A DNA stretch of 64,000 nucleotides, taken from contig OZ024740.1 of the NCBI GenBank assembly GCA_964016885.1, forward strand, positions 288,610,001 through 288,674,000. Reading direction: 5' to 3'. This document shows positions 11,736-24,526 of this stretch, piece after piece (position 1 is the first letter of the stretch; each line of letters begins with the position of its first letter). The translations under genes and the position numbers were made by a program. The DNA comes from Eledone cirrhosa (taxonomy: Eukaryota). The notes under the pieces are model-generated. The model saw only the letters and a list, made by a program, of their open reading frames with translations. It did no database searches and was not told where the DNA came from.

Positions 11736-11834
11736 GATTATTTAACTCCTCTACATGTTGCTGCCCATTGCGGAAATGTCAAAACAGCCAAGCTATTACT
11801 GGATAGGAAGAGTGACCCAAATGCAAGAGCTCTG
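11736..11834 (+). CDS. Ankyrin exon, ANK repeat 11
   Basis: ttttag|...CTG|gtgagt, 99 nt, [33 protein letters not shown]. Confidence 0.95.
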
Positions 11835-13348
11835 GTGAGTGGCACTTCAATTTGTAGCTGTTTCAATTTTTTCAATATTAACCCTTTAGCATTTAAACTG
11901 ACTGTATTCAGCCAGAATTCTGTCACCTCTTTCTGTTCAAACCGGGCATAACTGGCCACTCATACTGATGTTAAGGTATTGTTCTCCAAATATGTAATAT
12001 CAAAATCTCATAGATTTGATATTATGTGAGATAAAGCCTTTATCGTGAAAATATAATAGCAAATATAGTGTAATGTGAATGCTAATGGGTTAAGGGTGAT
12101 TGAGTGGTGGTAATAACATAAGTACTAGTCAACTATATTCTTGGTTATTTAGATTTTTATGGGTTAAAATTCAGCTAGTGTTGACATTACTTGATATCCC
12201 TTCAAATATTGACCTTGGGGTCTTAGTAAAAAATATTTGTTTATTGTGAAATTGTGAGTCATTGTGAAGTTAGAAGAGACTCCTGTCTGATTTTCACCTC
12301 CCAAATGAAGCTAATTGACATGGCTTGTACTTTTGAGGGAAAGGCATGAACACTGTACATGGTGTTTTAGTAGAAAATAATTGACATTATTTAGTTTCAT
12401 CCCTCACATTTCTGCATTCAAATCTCAATGAGGGTTGATTCCCCCCCCCCCCCCATTTTCATACATCAAAGAGGCAGATATAATAATTTCTAATTAAGCT
12501 ACAAGGCAAACAATTTGTGGGCAGGGGACATTGATTATGTCAACCCCAGTACGTGACTAGTACTTTATTTTATTGACTCTGTTAAAATGAAAGACAAAGT
12601 TTACTTCAATGGGATTAGAACTTGGTACATAAATGGCTATACCTAATGCTGCTATACATTTGTCCAATAAGCTAATGGTTCTGTCAGTTCCCAACTCTAG
12701 AGATAGATGTAGTAAATACCAATTATTGTTGATTAGCTCAGTAACCGAAGCAAGTCAGTTTTCCTTCTGGTGTAGGCATTAGAAAAATGTAGTCATCATC
12801 ATCATTTAATGTCCATTCTCCTTGCTAACAGGGGTTAGACAAGCAAACATGTGCATTGGTTTAAGTAAGATATATGTATTGGCAGTGAAGGCACGTGGCT
12901 GAGTGGTTAAAGAATTGGATTGGCAATCATGAGGTTGTGAGTTTGATTACCGGACCGGGCGATGTGTTATGTCCTTGTGCAAGACACTTTATTTCACGTT
13001 GCTGTTTTTATGTGGAGTTGCGACCGATAGATAGTATTAGCAATTGGAAAGACCAATGGAAACATTTTTTCCTTGGTCCAATAGAAATATATATGTATTG
13101 GTATTGCTGATAATGTTCTACACAGAACAGATAATCAAATGAAAACTGGAGGATTCTACCGGAAATCTTCATAGTAATTATCTTTTAAATAATTTTTTAC
13201 TGATTTCACTCATCTGATTCAGAGTGAAAGTTTCAGTGAGGGTTGGTTAATTTTGTAGTTTTCCAGTGCGCTAAGCCTTTGTATTGTATGTATGTGTGTA
13301 CTTCTATACCCACAGAAACTATATATTTATTTTATTTTATTTCTACAG

Positions 13349-13448
13349 AATGGTTTCACCCCATTACACATTGCATGCAAAAAAAAACCGCATCAAGGTG
13401 GTGGAACTGCTTCTAAAATATGATGCCTCTATAGAAGCTACAACTGAG
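13349..13448 (+). CDS. Ankyrin exon, ANK repeat 12 (100 nt as given; +1 A in homopolymer)
   Basis: ctacag|AAT GGT TTC...GAG|gtaagg; reads [10 protein letters not shown] then KKNRIKVVELLLKYDASIEATTE only if the A9 run at 13379-13387 is A8. Confidence 0.92.
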
Positions 13449-13755
13449 GTAAGGTTTTCATACTATCATCATCATCATCCTGTTTATCAGAACTAGAATC
13501 ATAGTCACTTGTATTGCCATCCTCATTATCCTTATAAGCATCTTCATTATCATTACAGTTTGAATATTATCATTACACCAGAATCCTCATCAACACCACA
13601 TATAGTATCATCACCACTATCATTACCACAACAACCATAATCATATCACCATCACTACCACTATAGCTACCATCAGATCAATCTCAACCACCACCACCAC
13701 CACCATCCACATGTTGAACAATCGACTAATTGCCATTGTCTTTTTTCCACTACAG

Positions 13756-13953
13756 TCGGGACTCACACCATTGCATGTTGCATCCTTCATGGGTCACATG
13801 AACATAAGCATCTACCTGATCCAACATAACGCCAACCCAGACTACCCAACAGTTCGAGGGGAAACTGCTCTCCATCTAGCTGCCAGAGCAAACCAGACTG
13901 ACATCATTCGCATACTTCTGCGAAACGGGGCCACCGTTGATGCTAAAGCCAGA
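13756..13953 (+). CDS. Ankyrin exon, ANK repeats 13-14
   Basis: ctacag|...AGA|gtaagt, 198 nt, [13 protein letters not shown]...[14 protein letters not shown]...DAKAR. Confidence 0.95.
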
Positions 13954-14068
13954 GTAAGTAGCTTGCTATTAACTTTCTGACACTCAATCTCCAAACCTCT
14001 TAAATCTTTACCACTTCAATATGTTAATTCTTGACTAAGACTAAACTAAACATGATGTGATCTCAGAA

Positions 14069-15622
<1,554 letters not shown>

Positions 15623-15624
<2 letters not shown>

Positions 15625-16644
15625 CGATATTAAACAAATGGAAACTACATTTATAAAACCATATTTATTTCATTATATATATTTCAGGGATATCATATTA
15701 AAAATATGGTATGCCCTCTTCAGACAAAATACAATATATAAACAGTTTTATAAATAAATTTGACATACCTTGGAAAATTTACAACTTCCATTTAAAAAGT
15801 TATGGTAGTGAGAATGTTAATGACAGTTAGAAAGAAATGATTGTAAACCTAAGAATTTTTAAACTAAACATATAGTCATTATTTTTTCACACATTATTGA
15901 TATGTGTCTCATTCATGAATATTGATATTTACATTATAATTCATAGGAATTGATAGACTGATGAAACATATTTTAAAACTATCATTTTTATTTCTAAGTA
16001 TATCTCCTCTCCTCCTCCCTCTACATTTAACGGGACTTATGTATCGGCTATTTTAACTCTATCTCCTGTATCTCACCCTCCCCTATCTCTCCCACCTCGT
16101 ATAATAGATATTACTCGATCTACCTCTCCTTATTTATTTTTGTTTTTGTTTTATTTCTCCCCGTATCCTTAACACTAAATAAATAAATAAATAAATAATT
16201 ACAGTACCCCCTTCCCTCATAAATCTCTCTTTTGGGGTTCTCTCTTTACATACATTTCTTCACCTTCTTCACCTTCCGCTCTTTCTTTTTCTTTTTTTTT
16301 CCTTCTTTTTCTTTTTTCTTTTTTCTTTTTTTTCTCCGTCTTTCTTTCTAACTGTCATTAACATTCTCACTACCATAACAACTTTTTTAATGGAAGTTGT
16401 AAATTTTCCAAGGTATGTCAAATTTATTTATAAAACTGTTTATATATTGTATTTTGTCTGAAGAGGGCATACCATATTTTTAATATGATATCCCTGAAAT
16501 ATATATAATGAAATAAATATGGTTTTATAAATGTAGTTTCCATTTGTTTAATATCGTAAAATACTTCAAAATCTGTTGAGTGCTTTTATATCAGTTATAA
16601 AATATTTACTCGTTGTAACCCAACAATTTTAAATAAAATTTTTG

Positions 16645-16650
<6 letters not shown>
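15623..16650 (+). mobile_element. Penelope-like element end with inverted partial duplication, inserted in (TA)n
   Basis: 15623-15837 is the inverted copy of 16341-16558; contains a minimal hammerhead; TA tracts on both sides. Confidence 0.75.
16444..16520 (+). ncRNA. Minimal type I hammerhead ribozyme motif
   Basis: AUAUUGUAUUUUGU-CUGAAGA-13 bp stem II-GAAA-U-AUAU-A-UA-AUGAAAUAAAUAU; palindromic stem III as in Penelope-like minimal hammerheads. Confidence 0.75.
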
Positions 16651-16698
<48 letters not shown>

Positions 16699-16699
16699 A

Positions 16700-16740
<41 letters not shown>

Positions 16741-17253
16741 AATATACATATATATATATATATATATATATGTAAATATACATATATATATATATATATA
16801 TACTTGGTAAGATAATATATATATTAACATATATATGACCTAATTTTAGAACTATGGGGTGAATATGTATTTATTGAAAATTTAGAAGCACCGACATATT
16901 TTTTTTACTATAAAAGAAAGCCTAGCAAATTGGGCATACACTTTTTTCTGACCTGGGGATTTTATGCCCAATTTCTTACACTATTTTTTTACACTAAGTA
17001 AAAAATATGTTGAAGCTTCTAAATTTTCAGTGTGTGTGTGTGTGAAGTCAACATGAAAGAAACAGTACAAGAGAACAATACAATAATAATATATTAGTAT
17101 AAAGTTAGAAAAGAGTATTAATGTTTCAGATGTTAATTCTCCCTCAGAAGATAGAAAGAGAGAGAAGATATGTATGTATGCATACATACATATTCTATTT
17201 CATCCTGTAGGACATACTTGAGTTATATAGAAGATCAGTATTATGTTTGGACA

Positions 17254-17351
17254 TGTGCTCGATAACAAAGCTTCCCATTATCTTTGGTCGATAAAATAAA
17301 GTACCAGTAATGCACTGGGTAATTGCTGGCCTTGTGCCTAAAGTAGAAACA
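17254..17351 (+). mobile_element. 5'-truncated family B SINE with 14-bp TSD and a captured exon fragment
   Basis: TSD attatgtttggaca at 17240-17253 and 17352-17365. Confidence 0.8.
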
Positions 17352-17483
17352 ATTATGTTTGGACACTAGAGAGAAATCCTGGTCTTTGAGACACAGTTTT
17401 GGCAATGAATGTGAATGTGGAAAATAAAAGAAACTAATATGAAAGTAAATAAAACTGCATCTGGCAGTTTGATCCGAGAACAA

Positions 17484-17666
17484 ATAACTGTTTCTACTTT
17501 AGGCACAAGGCCAGCAATCACCCAGTGCATTACTGGTACTTTATTTTATCGACCCCGTAAGGATGAAAGGCAAAGTCAACCTCGGCGGGATTTGAACTCA
17601 GATCATAAAGGGACGTAACTATGCTGGAAAGCATGTCTGACCCTCTACCGATACTGCCAATCCACC
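17484..17666 (-). mobile_element. tRNA-derived SINE, family B (Deu/Nin-like core gcctttcatcct..ggggtcgataaa; (ATT)n tail)
   Basis: Reverse complement matches 33818-34010; other copies about 28590-28770, 29155-29375, 35222-35420 (-), 36837-37012. Confidence 0.85.
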
Positions 17667-17756
17667 AAATAACACAAACTGTTTCAGTCTTTGATCTTCT
17701 ATATCATTTTCATTACACCAGCACCACCACTCCTATCTAATATTTGTCTTTTTCAG

Positions 17757-17954
17757 GAACAACAAACACCACTGCATATTGCTGCACGTCTGGGTAATGT
17801 AGACAATGTTGTTTTACTTCTACAACATGGTGCCAGTCCAAATGCAACTACAAAAGACCTGTACACACCACTGCACATTGCTGCAAAAGAAGGGCATGAA
17901 GAAGTGGCTGCAGCTCTCCTAGATCAAGGAGCTAACCATAGCCTCACCACTAAA
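17757..17954 (+). CDS. Ankyrin exon, ANK repeats 15-16
   Basis: tttcag|...AAA|gtatgt, 198 nt, [13 protein letters not shown]...[13 protein letters not shown]...SLTTK. Confidence 0.95.
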
Positions 17955-18063
17955 GTATGTATGCTTTACCTCTCTTTGTATGTCTCTGCCTTCCTGTCTG
18001 TCTATGTATATTTCTCTCTCTCTCTCCCTTCACTTGACCCCCCACTCTCTCTCTCATATATAT

Positions 18064-18393
18064 TCTAAGGCGGGTAAAATTCCCGAGATCCATGGACGAG
18101 TTCTCTCCAGCGGTCTCTGTCCCTCATTATCGCTGCCATGTCCTGCGTCTCCAACAGACCAGTGTCTGTCCTTAGGGCATCAACATACATTAACCTTGGT
18201 CGTCCTCTTCTAGTGTGTCCATGTAGGGGCTCCCAAAGAATGTTGAGGATGGCTCTGAACATTAATCAGTATACACTGAGGATGAAAAACTCAGAGCTGT
18301 ATGGGAGCATCCCAAAAGTCAGCTCAAAAGTGACACAGAGGAGACTGAGGTTAGCTGGACATGCTCACCGACATCCAGAGTTGACATTGCACT
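18064..18393 (-). mobile_element. Short 3' fragment of a second RTE-like LINE with inverted 5' part
   Basis: Minus 18064-18241 ILWEPLHGHTRRGRPRLMYVD...DRDRWR; plus 18238-18393 RMLRMALNI...RRLRLAGHAHRHPE. Confidence 0.8.
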
Positions 18394-18565
18394 CATATAT
18401 ATATATCCCTTCCATATACTGTACTGATTGTGGTGTTAATTCTGTTTACCTTTTACATATATATATATATATATATATATTCTACAGTGTTTTTTTGTTT
18501 TGTTTTTTTAAATAACTTCACACATTTCTTATTATTTCTCTTTACTCCTCATTCTCTATTTGCAG

Positions 18566-18763
18566 AAGGGATTCACTCCATTGCATATTGCAGCCAAATA
18601 CGGAAACATCAAAGTTGCCCGCCTGCTGTTGCTGAAAAATGCTGAACCTGACGTGCAGGGCAAGAATGGACTAACACCTCTTCACGTTGCCACTCATTAC
18701 AATCATGTTAATGTAGCACTTCTCCTGCTCGATAACAAAGCTTCCCCTCATGCCATGGCTAAG
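18566..18763 (+). CDS. Ankyrin exon, ANK repeats 17-18
   Basis: ttgcag|...AAG|gtacat, 198 nt, [13 protein letters not shown]...[13 protein letters not shown]...HAMAK. Confidence 0.95.
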
Positions 18764-18945
18764 GTACATTATAGTTCTTGTTTTCAGCCATATCTACTTC
18801 TATACCTACCTTTGATTTTTATGTGAATGAATTGTTTTGTTAACGGGTTTGCTTTGATATTTTAAAAATATTTCTCTTGCATTTGTTGCTCTAGTTTGGC
18901 ACTGGTGGCAGGAATCTATGTTCACACCAAATATATATATATACA

Positions 18946-19110
18946 TAGGTGCAGGCTGGGCTCTCTGGTAAAGATGTTTGTTGCATAACTAAAATGGTCT
19001 TGGGTTCTATCCCACCACATGGGACCTTAAGCAAGCATCTTCTACTTCAACTTTGGCCTGATCAAGTTTTGCAAGTGGATTTGGTAGATGGAAACCCTAC
19101 AAAGCCTGAC
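18946..19110 (+). mobile_element. Degenerate tRNA-derived SINE, family C (related copies about 31840-32160 and 37460-37810)
   Basis: Shared gggttcagtc...gcaagtgtcttct...gaccaatg...tttggtagatggaaac followed by (GT)/(CA) tract. Confidence 0.6.
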
Positions 19111-20022
19111 ATGCACACACACACATTCATACATATGCATATATACATACATACAATTATCAGATGTTAAAGGATGTTGATATATATACATAGGTGTGTA
19201 TGTATATATGTGTGTGTTTGTGTATTTGTCTATCTCTGTTTCTTCTCTTTACATTCAACATCATTAGAGCAGACATAGATATTTATGTATGATCTGCAGT
19301 TAGACATGCAGGGATCTGTACCTTACTTAGAAAAACAAGTGATGCTTGACATCAGGAAGGGTATTCAACTGTAGAATTATGTCTCGTAATGTATTGTCCA
19401 ACTCATGCTAGCTTGGAAAAAACAGACAATGATGATACATGTATATGGACTGGGCCTCTATTGTTTTTAATGACGATTGTTTCAGTTATTTCATCAACTA
19501 TACAGCTACTCATGAAATTAACATGTAAGTGGCTGAGTATTCCACAGACACATGTACCCTTAACATAAATTTCAGGGGAATACTGTGGCACAATATGCAA
19601 CAAGACTGGCTCTTTGAATTATATGTACAATCTATCTGACGGGCTTTCAAACAGCTTCCATTGACCCCCCCAGTCTTTGGTAAATGACACTTGCCAGTCA
19701 AACTTCCTAACCATTCAGTCATGCTGCAACAACAATCTATATACATATAGTGAATTATTCTTGCCAGTGTTTCTATCAGTGGTGACTTTGAATCAGTATT
19801 GACTGATTGGGGTTAGTAATAATGACTGTATGCCAGTTTGTCAGCCATTAATGACCTCGAGTCAGTTTGACTGTCAGCAATCACCCAGGCCCAATTTCAC
19901 CACCATTAGTGATTTTAAGGTCAATTTGCCCATCAGTTGACTCTTTGATTAAATTTTTCCATTAATAGTGACCTCAACTCACCTGTTACATCAATAAGTA
20001 ACTTCATAACATTTATTTACAG

Positions 20023-20121
20023 AATGGCTATTCACCACTCCATATTGCTGCTAAGAAAAACCAAATGGATATTGCTACTACTCTGCTGGAGTTTGGAGCC
20101 GACCCAGCTGCCGGGTCAAAG
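20023..20121 (+). CDS. Ankyrin exon, ANK repeat 19
   Basis: ttacag|...AAG|gtaagt, 99 nt, [33 protein letters not shown]. Confidence 0.95.
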
Positions 20122-20191
20122 GTAAGTTAGTTTCCTTTTCTTAAGAAGTGATGATGGTCTGACAGTGGAGAAACAGTTCTGAAGGGGTTAA

Positions 20192-20411
20192 CCCTTTCAT
20201 TACCATATTTCTAATGAAATATACTGCCTATGATTTTCAAATAATGTTTTAAATAATCAAAAATTTGGAGGAATTTAATAAAATAACTAACATATTCATA
20301 TTTAAGCTAGTGTTTAGAACATAACTTAGGAAAGGTTCTTAAGTTATAATGGAAGGTTTATAGATAAATATGAAGTTTTGTATTGTAGGAGCAGTTTGGT
20401 ATGAAAAACGA
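20192..20411. mobile_element. Second, older TTAA-CCCTTT MITE family (other copies about 40084-40330 and 53836-54051)
   Basis: ttaaccctttcattaccatatttctaatgaaa...ggcagtttggtat shared between copies. Confidence 0.65.
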
Positions 20412-20424
20412 TTAAACTAATCTA

Positions 20425-21215
20425 TTGTTCCAAGATACTGTCAGTTCTGTGTCCCTGCAGTATCAGGATGCTGTGTGGCACCAGTACCAGGATGCCATTA
20501 GGTCTGTTTCACTGTAGTGCCAAGATGCCACCAATTCTATGTCAAAGCACTGCCAGAACACCATTTATTTGTACTACTTTAGAAGAATACCAATAAATCT
20601 GTGTCAGAACAGTGCCAATATATCAATGGTTCTGCATCACCATATTGCCAGAATACGATTGGCTCTGTATAGCACTGGTGCATGTCAAGGTGCCATCAGC
20701 TCTGTGTTATAGCACTGCGAGACTACTGTTAATTCTGTGTCACATCAGAAAAGTACCAATAGTTTTGTCACAACAGTGCCTGGGTACTAGAGGTTCTGTT
20801 TCCCTTATAGTACCAAGATACCAATAGTTCTGTGTCACAGAAGTATCAGGGTATGATTAGTTATGTGCCTCAGCTGTGCCAAGAAATCAATATCAATAGC
20901 TGTGTCTTTCTCACAGCAATGCTAGGACAATACTAACAGTTGTGTCATTGCAGTGTCAGGATACTATTAGCTGTGTGACACAGCAACTCTAGGACAATAA
21001 CAACAGTTGTGTCAGGATACTATTAGCTATGTCTCTCTTACAGAAATACTAGGACAATACCAACAGTTGTGTCAGGATACTAATAGATGTGTCCGTCCCA
21101 CAGCAATGCTAGGACAATACCAACAGTTGTGTCACAGCATTGTTAAAACATCACAAGTAATTCTGTGTTGCAACAGTGCCAGTATAATAATAGTTCTGTG
21201 ACACAGCTGTGCCAC
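20425..21215. repeat. Degenerate tandem repeat, unit about 30 bp
   Basis: Recurrent agttctgtgtcacagcagtgccaagatacca-like units; similar decayed arrays at about 19765-19995 and 62000-62600. Confidence 0.75.
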
Positions 21216-21314
21216 GATTTCATTCCATATAGTTATTCCCCTTTTTACCCATCCCAATGTTTAACATAGATATTGTATTTTTACCATTATTAACTTGTCT
21301 TCTCTGTCTTACAG

Positions 21315-21413
21315 AATGGCTTCACACCTCTCCACCTTGCCTCACAAGAGGGTCACACTGATATGGTCTCCTTGCTACTGGAACACAAGGCAAATGTTAA
21401 TGACAAAGCCACC
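21315..21413 (+). CDS. Ankyrin exon, ANK repeat 20
   Basis: ttacag|...ACC|gtatgt, 99 nt, [33 protein letters not shown]. Confidence 0.95.
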
Positions 21414-21519
21414 GTATGTATTGAAACTCTTGATTATATATTGTTTTGTTTTTTTAAACACACACTCACACACCACACACACTTCTGTGAGCTTCAGCAA
21501 TTTGAAATCAGAGTTCTGA

Positions 21520-21880
21520 TGCCTTGACAAAAAAAGCACCGTCTACCCTGTAAGCTGGTTGTACTGGTGCCATGACAAAAAGCATCCAGTCTACCTTATA
21601 AGGTGGTTGTGTTAGTGCCACAACAAAAAAAGGTATCTAGTCTACCCTGTTAGGTGGTCATTCTGGTGCCATAATAAAAAGCACCCTGTCCACTCGGTAA
21701 AGTGGTATAGGTGGTGCCACTTAAAAATAAAAAATCCCAGTACATACTGTAATGTGGTTGGTATTAGGAAGGGCATCCAACCATAGAAACCAAAGCCCAA
21801 ACAGATTCATATGAGCAAAGCATGGACACCTGACCTGGCTAGCCTTGTAATATGGCAACCCATCTCACCCATGTAAGAAT
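21520..21880 (+). mobile_element. RTE 3' UTR-derived fragment with about five tandem units of about 45 bp
   Basis: Repeated gtgcca..a.aaaaagca.cc.gtc.ac.ctgtaa.gtgg, then gttggtattaggaagggcatccaa; similar inverted copy at about 8680-9085. Confidence 0.7.
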
Positions 21881-22452
21881 GTGTGTGTTATATTACTATA
21901 ATACTTAAAAGAAGGATGAAAGTGTCTTAATGTCCTTCATCAGAAAAAGAAAACATTTAAGGTAGAGAAGAAAAAGGACAGATGCACAAAAAAATGAAAT
22001 GTCAGCTGTTTTATTGCCATCATTTTGCTGGATGTGGTCTCTGCCTCTAAAGATCAAGATGCATATTTTGTCCTCCAATGTGCTTATAGATTCCACCTTA
22101 GACTATCTACTGTGGACACCATCAGAAAATACATATGAACAGGGAGAGCAGTAAACAGACCAATATACCTTCAATACCATGTCATACTACATTGATAAGT
22201 GTGTCACATAGACAAATTCAAATAGGAGCTTGATCTGTGGGTTATTCTGTGGCTTTTGATTGACTAAATCTAACACTTGTATCATTTCTAGTAGAATTGA
22301 CTAGGGCTACATAACAATGAATACATACTGTCAAACATGTATACACTCTCATACATAATGCAAACATAAATACACATTTTTCATTCCCTTCTATACCCAT
22401 ACAGAATATTAAACCTATATATTCTGAAGTATATGCTGTCTTTCCTTTACAG

Positions 22453-22551
22453 AATGGACTGGCACCAATCCATCTGGCTGCCCAAGAAGATAAAGTTAAT
22501 GTGGCTGAAGTTCTGGTTAAATTTGGCTCGGAGATTGACCCTCAAACAAAG
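22453..22551 (+). CDS. Ankyrin exon, ANK repeat 21
   Basis: ttacag|...AAG|gtatgc, 99 nt, NGLAPIHLAAQEDKVNVAEVLVKFGSEIDPQTK. Confidence 0.95.
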
Positions 22552-23041
22552 GTATGCTAATAATTGACTATTTACTTTTGTAAAGATTATGCCCCCTCTC
22601 ATGAATTTTCTGGTACTTGAATGCTTACTTTTGAATTGAGTGACTAAAAAAATTAGATAAATTAAGACAGCTAGACAACACCCTTGACAGAGAAAGCATT
22701 TTAGAACTTTTTCCTACCTTCCTGGTTTTTTCTAACATTTGTGTTCTATGAATTCCAAATGAAAATTTTAGAAATTTTTTGCATAACATTTGTACGACAG
22801 ACAAAAAGGCTGTACAGTTATTATAGTATAGATTTGTTGTCTCGAGCTACATATCACAGACGTACATGTTTGTGTATCCCAAGGTCGACCTTGGTTCAAC
22901 ATTTCTATGACATGTAAGTTGTTAGTTGAATAAGTGGGTGTGTAATCCACTGAGTTAGTTACCAACCTACTGGAGCAATTTACATATAACCCTGTATACC
23001 TTAATTTGACTGACTCACTGGCTTAAAACATCATCACTGTA

Positions 23042-23092
<51 letters not shown>

Positions 23093-23962
23093 GTTTCTAC
23101 CTTTGGCACAAGGCCAGCAATTACCCAGTACATTACTGGTACTAATGTGTGTGTGTGGACCCTTAATTCCTGGCAGAGTTGTGGGGATACTGTAGCTTGT
23201 CTTGGGCATTTAAACCTGATGAAGCCAGTCCCTCTAGGTCTGAACATAGCTGGTTATTTTCCAGAGAAGAAGGAAAGAAATTGATATAGAGAAAGAATCA
23301 GCCCAGTATTAGACTGGTACTTTATCAACTTTGAAACGGATGAAATGTAAAGTTGACTTGGCAGGATTTGAAGTGAAAGTGCAGAGAGGGTGTACTGCAA
23401 ATCATACCATCTGACATTCTAACGGCTTTGCTAATTTACCAGCTACACATTTCAGTAGAAGGGTTAATAGTTGTGAGCGGCATCTAATTGTGAAAACAAC
23501 TGCTTCTACAAAAACTACTCCACCTATGTAACAGAAAACTAGAACAGTGATAGTGAAGTCTCAACTTCAAATAAGTTAAGCGTGTGTATGTTGATATATG
23601 TGTATATAAGTACACACATTCACACTTCTGAGTAAATATCTTTAAACATTTTGATCCTTAACTCTTAACATTCTGTAATGATTGAGCAGAAAATATCAGA
23701 AAATTCAAATGTTTTTAATGGTGAAAAGATTTTCGTGAAAATTTGTAATATTAGAGGAAAGACTTTTATTTTTAATGATACAATCATTGTGCTGCTTTGT
23801 ACTTTTCAAGAACATCTTGCTAATTGGTGTTTCTTGTGGTACAAGATATTAAGAGTTAAAGAGAGATCCAATAGGTTTCTGAAGGTTTCAGTAGATTTTC
23901 AAAATAGTACAAAAATAATTGTACAGTATAATACAATGTCTGTCTCTTGTTTTATTTCCTAG

Positions 23963-24061
23963 GCTGGTTACACTCCGCTGCACACTGCCTGTCACTTTGG
24001 ACAAACAAATATGGTACGATTCCTGCTCGACCATAATGCATCAGTCAGCTCTACAACTAAG
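23963..24061 (+). CDS. Ankyrin exon, ANK repeat 22
   Basis: tcctag|...AAG|gtttgt, 99 nt, AGYTPLHTACHFGQTNMVRFLLDHNASVSSTTK. Confidence 0.95.
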
Positions 24062-24261
24062 GTTTGTCTACAATATTTTCTATCTTTTGGCTCTTGTTTC
24101 AGTTGTTTTCAAAGGCAGATATGTGTATGTAACTTTATTGCAGTGTTTTTCTTTTATTTATTCCTTATTCCTTACTTACAATATAGTCTCTTGTTAGACT
24201 AGTTGGCAATTATGGGCATGCCCTCCTTACATTTGGATAAATAACTTTGTGCATACACATC

Positions 24262-24301
<40 letters not shown>

Positions 24302-24471
24302 ATTAATTCAAAATATTAATAAATATAGACATTCATGTAATCAAATATATTTTATTATAAATATTTTGGAGGTACTGTGCTGTTTCCTCAGTACGTCCTC
24401 ATCAGATAAAATATGTAAATTGATGTATGACATACCTCAACTGTGCTGATGGTTCAATTCCAGTCTTGGCA

Positions 24472-24526
<55 letters not shown>

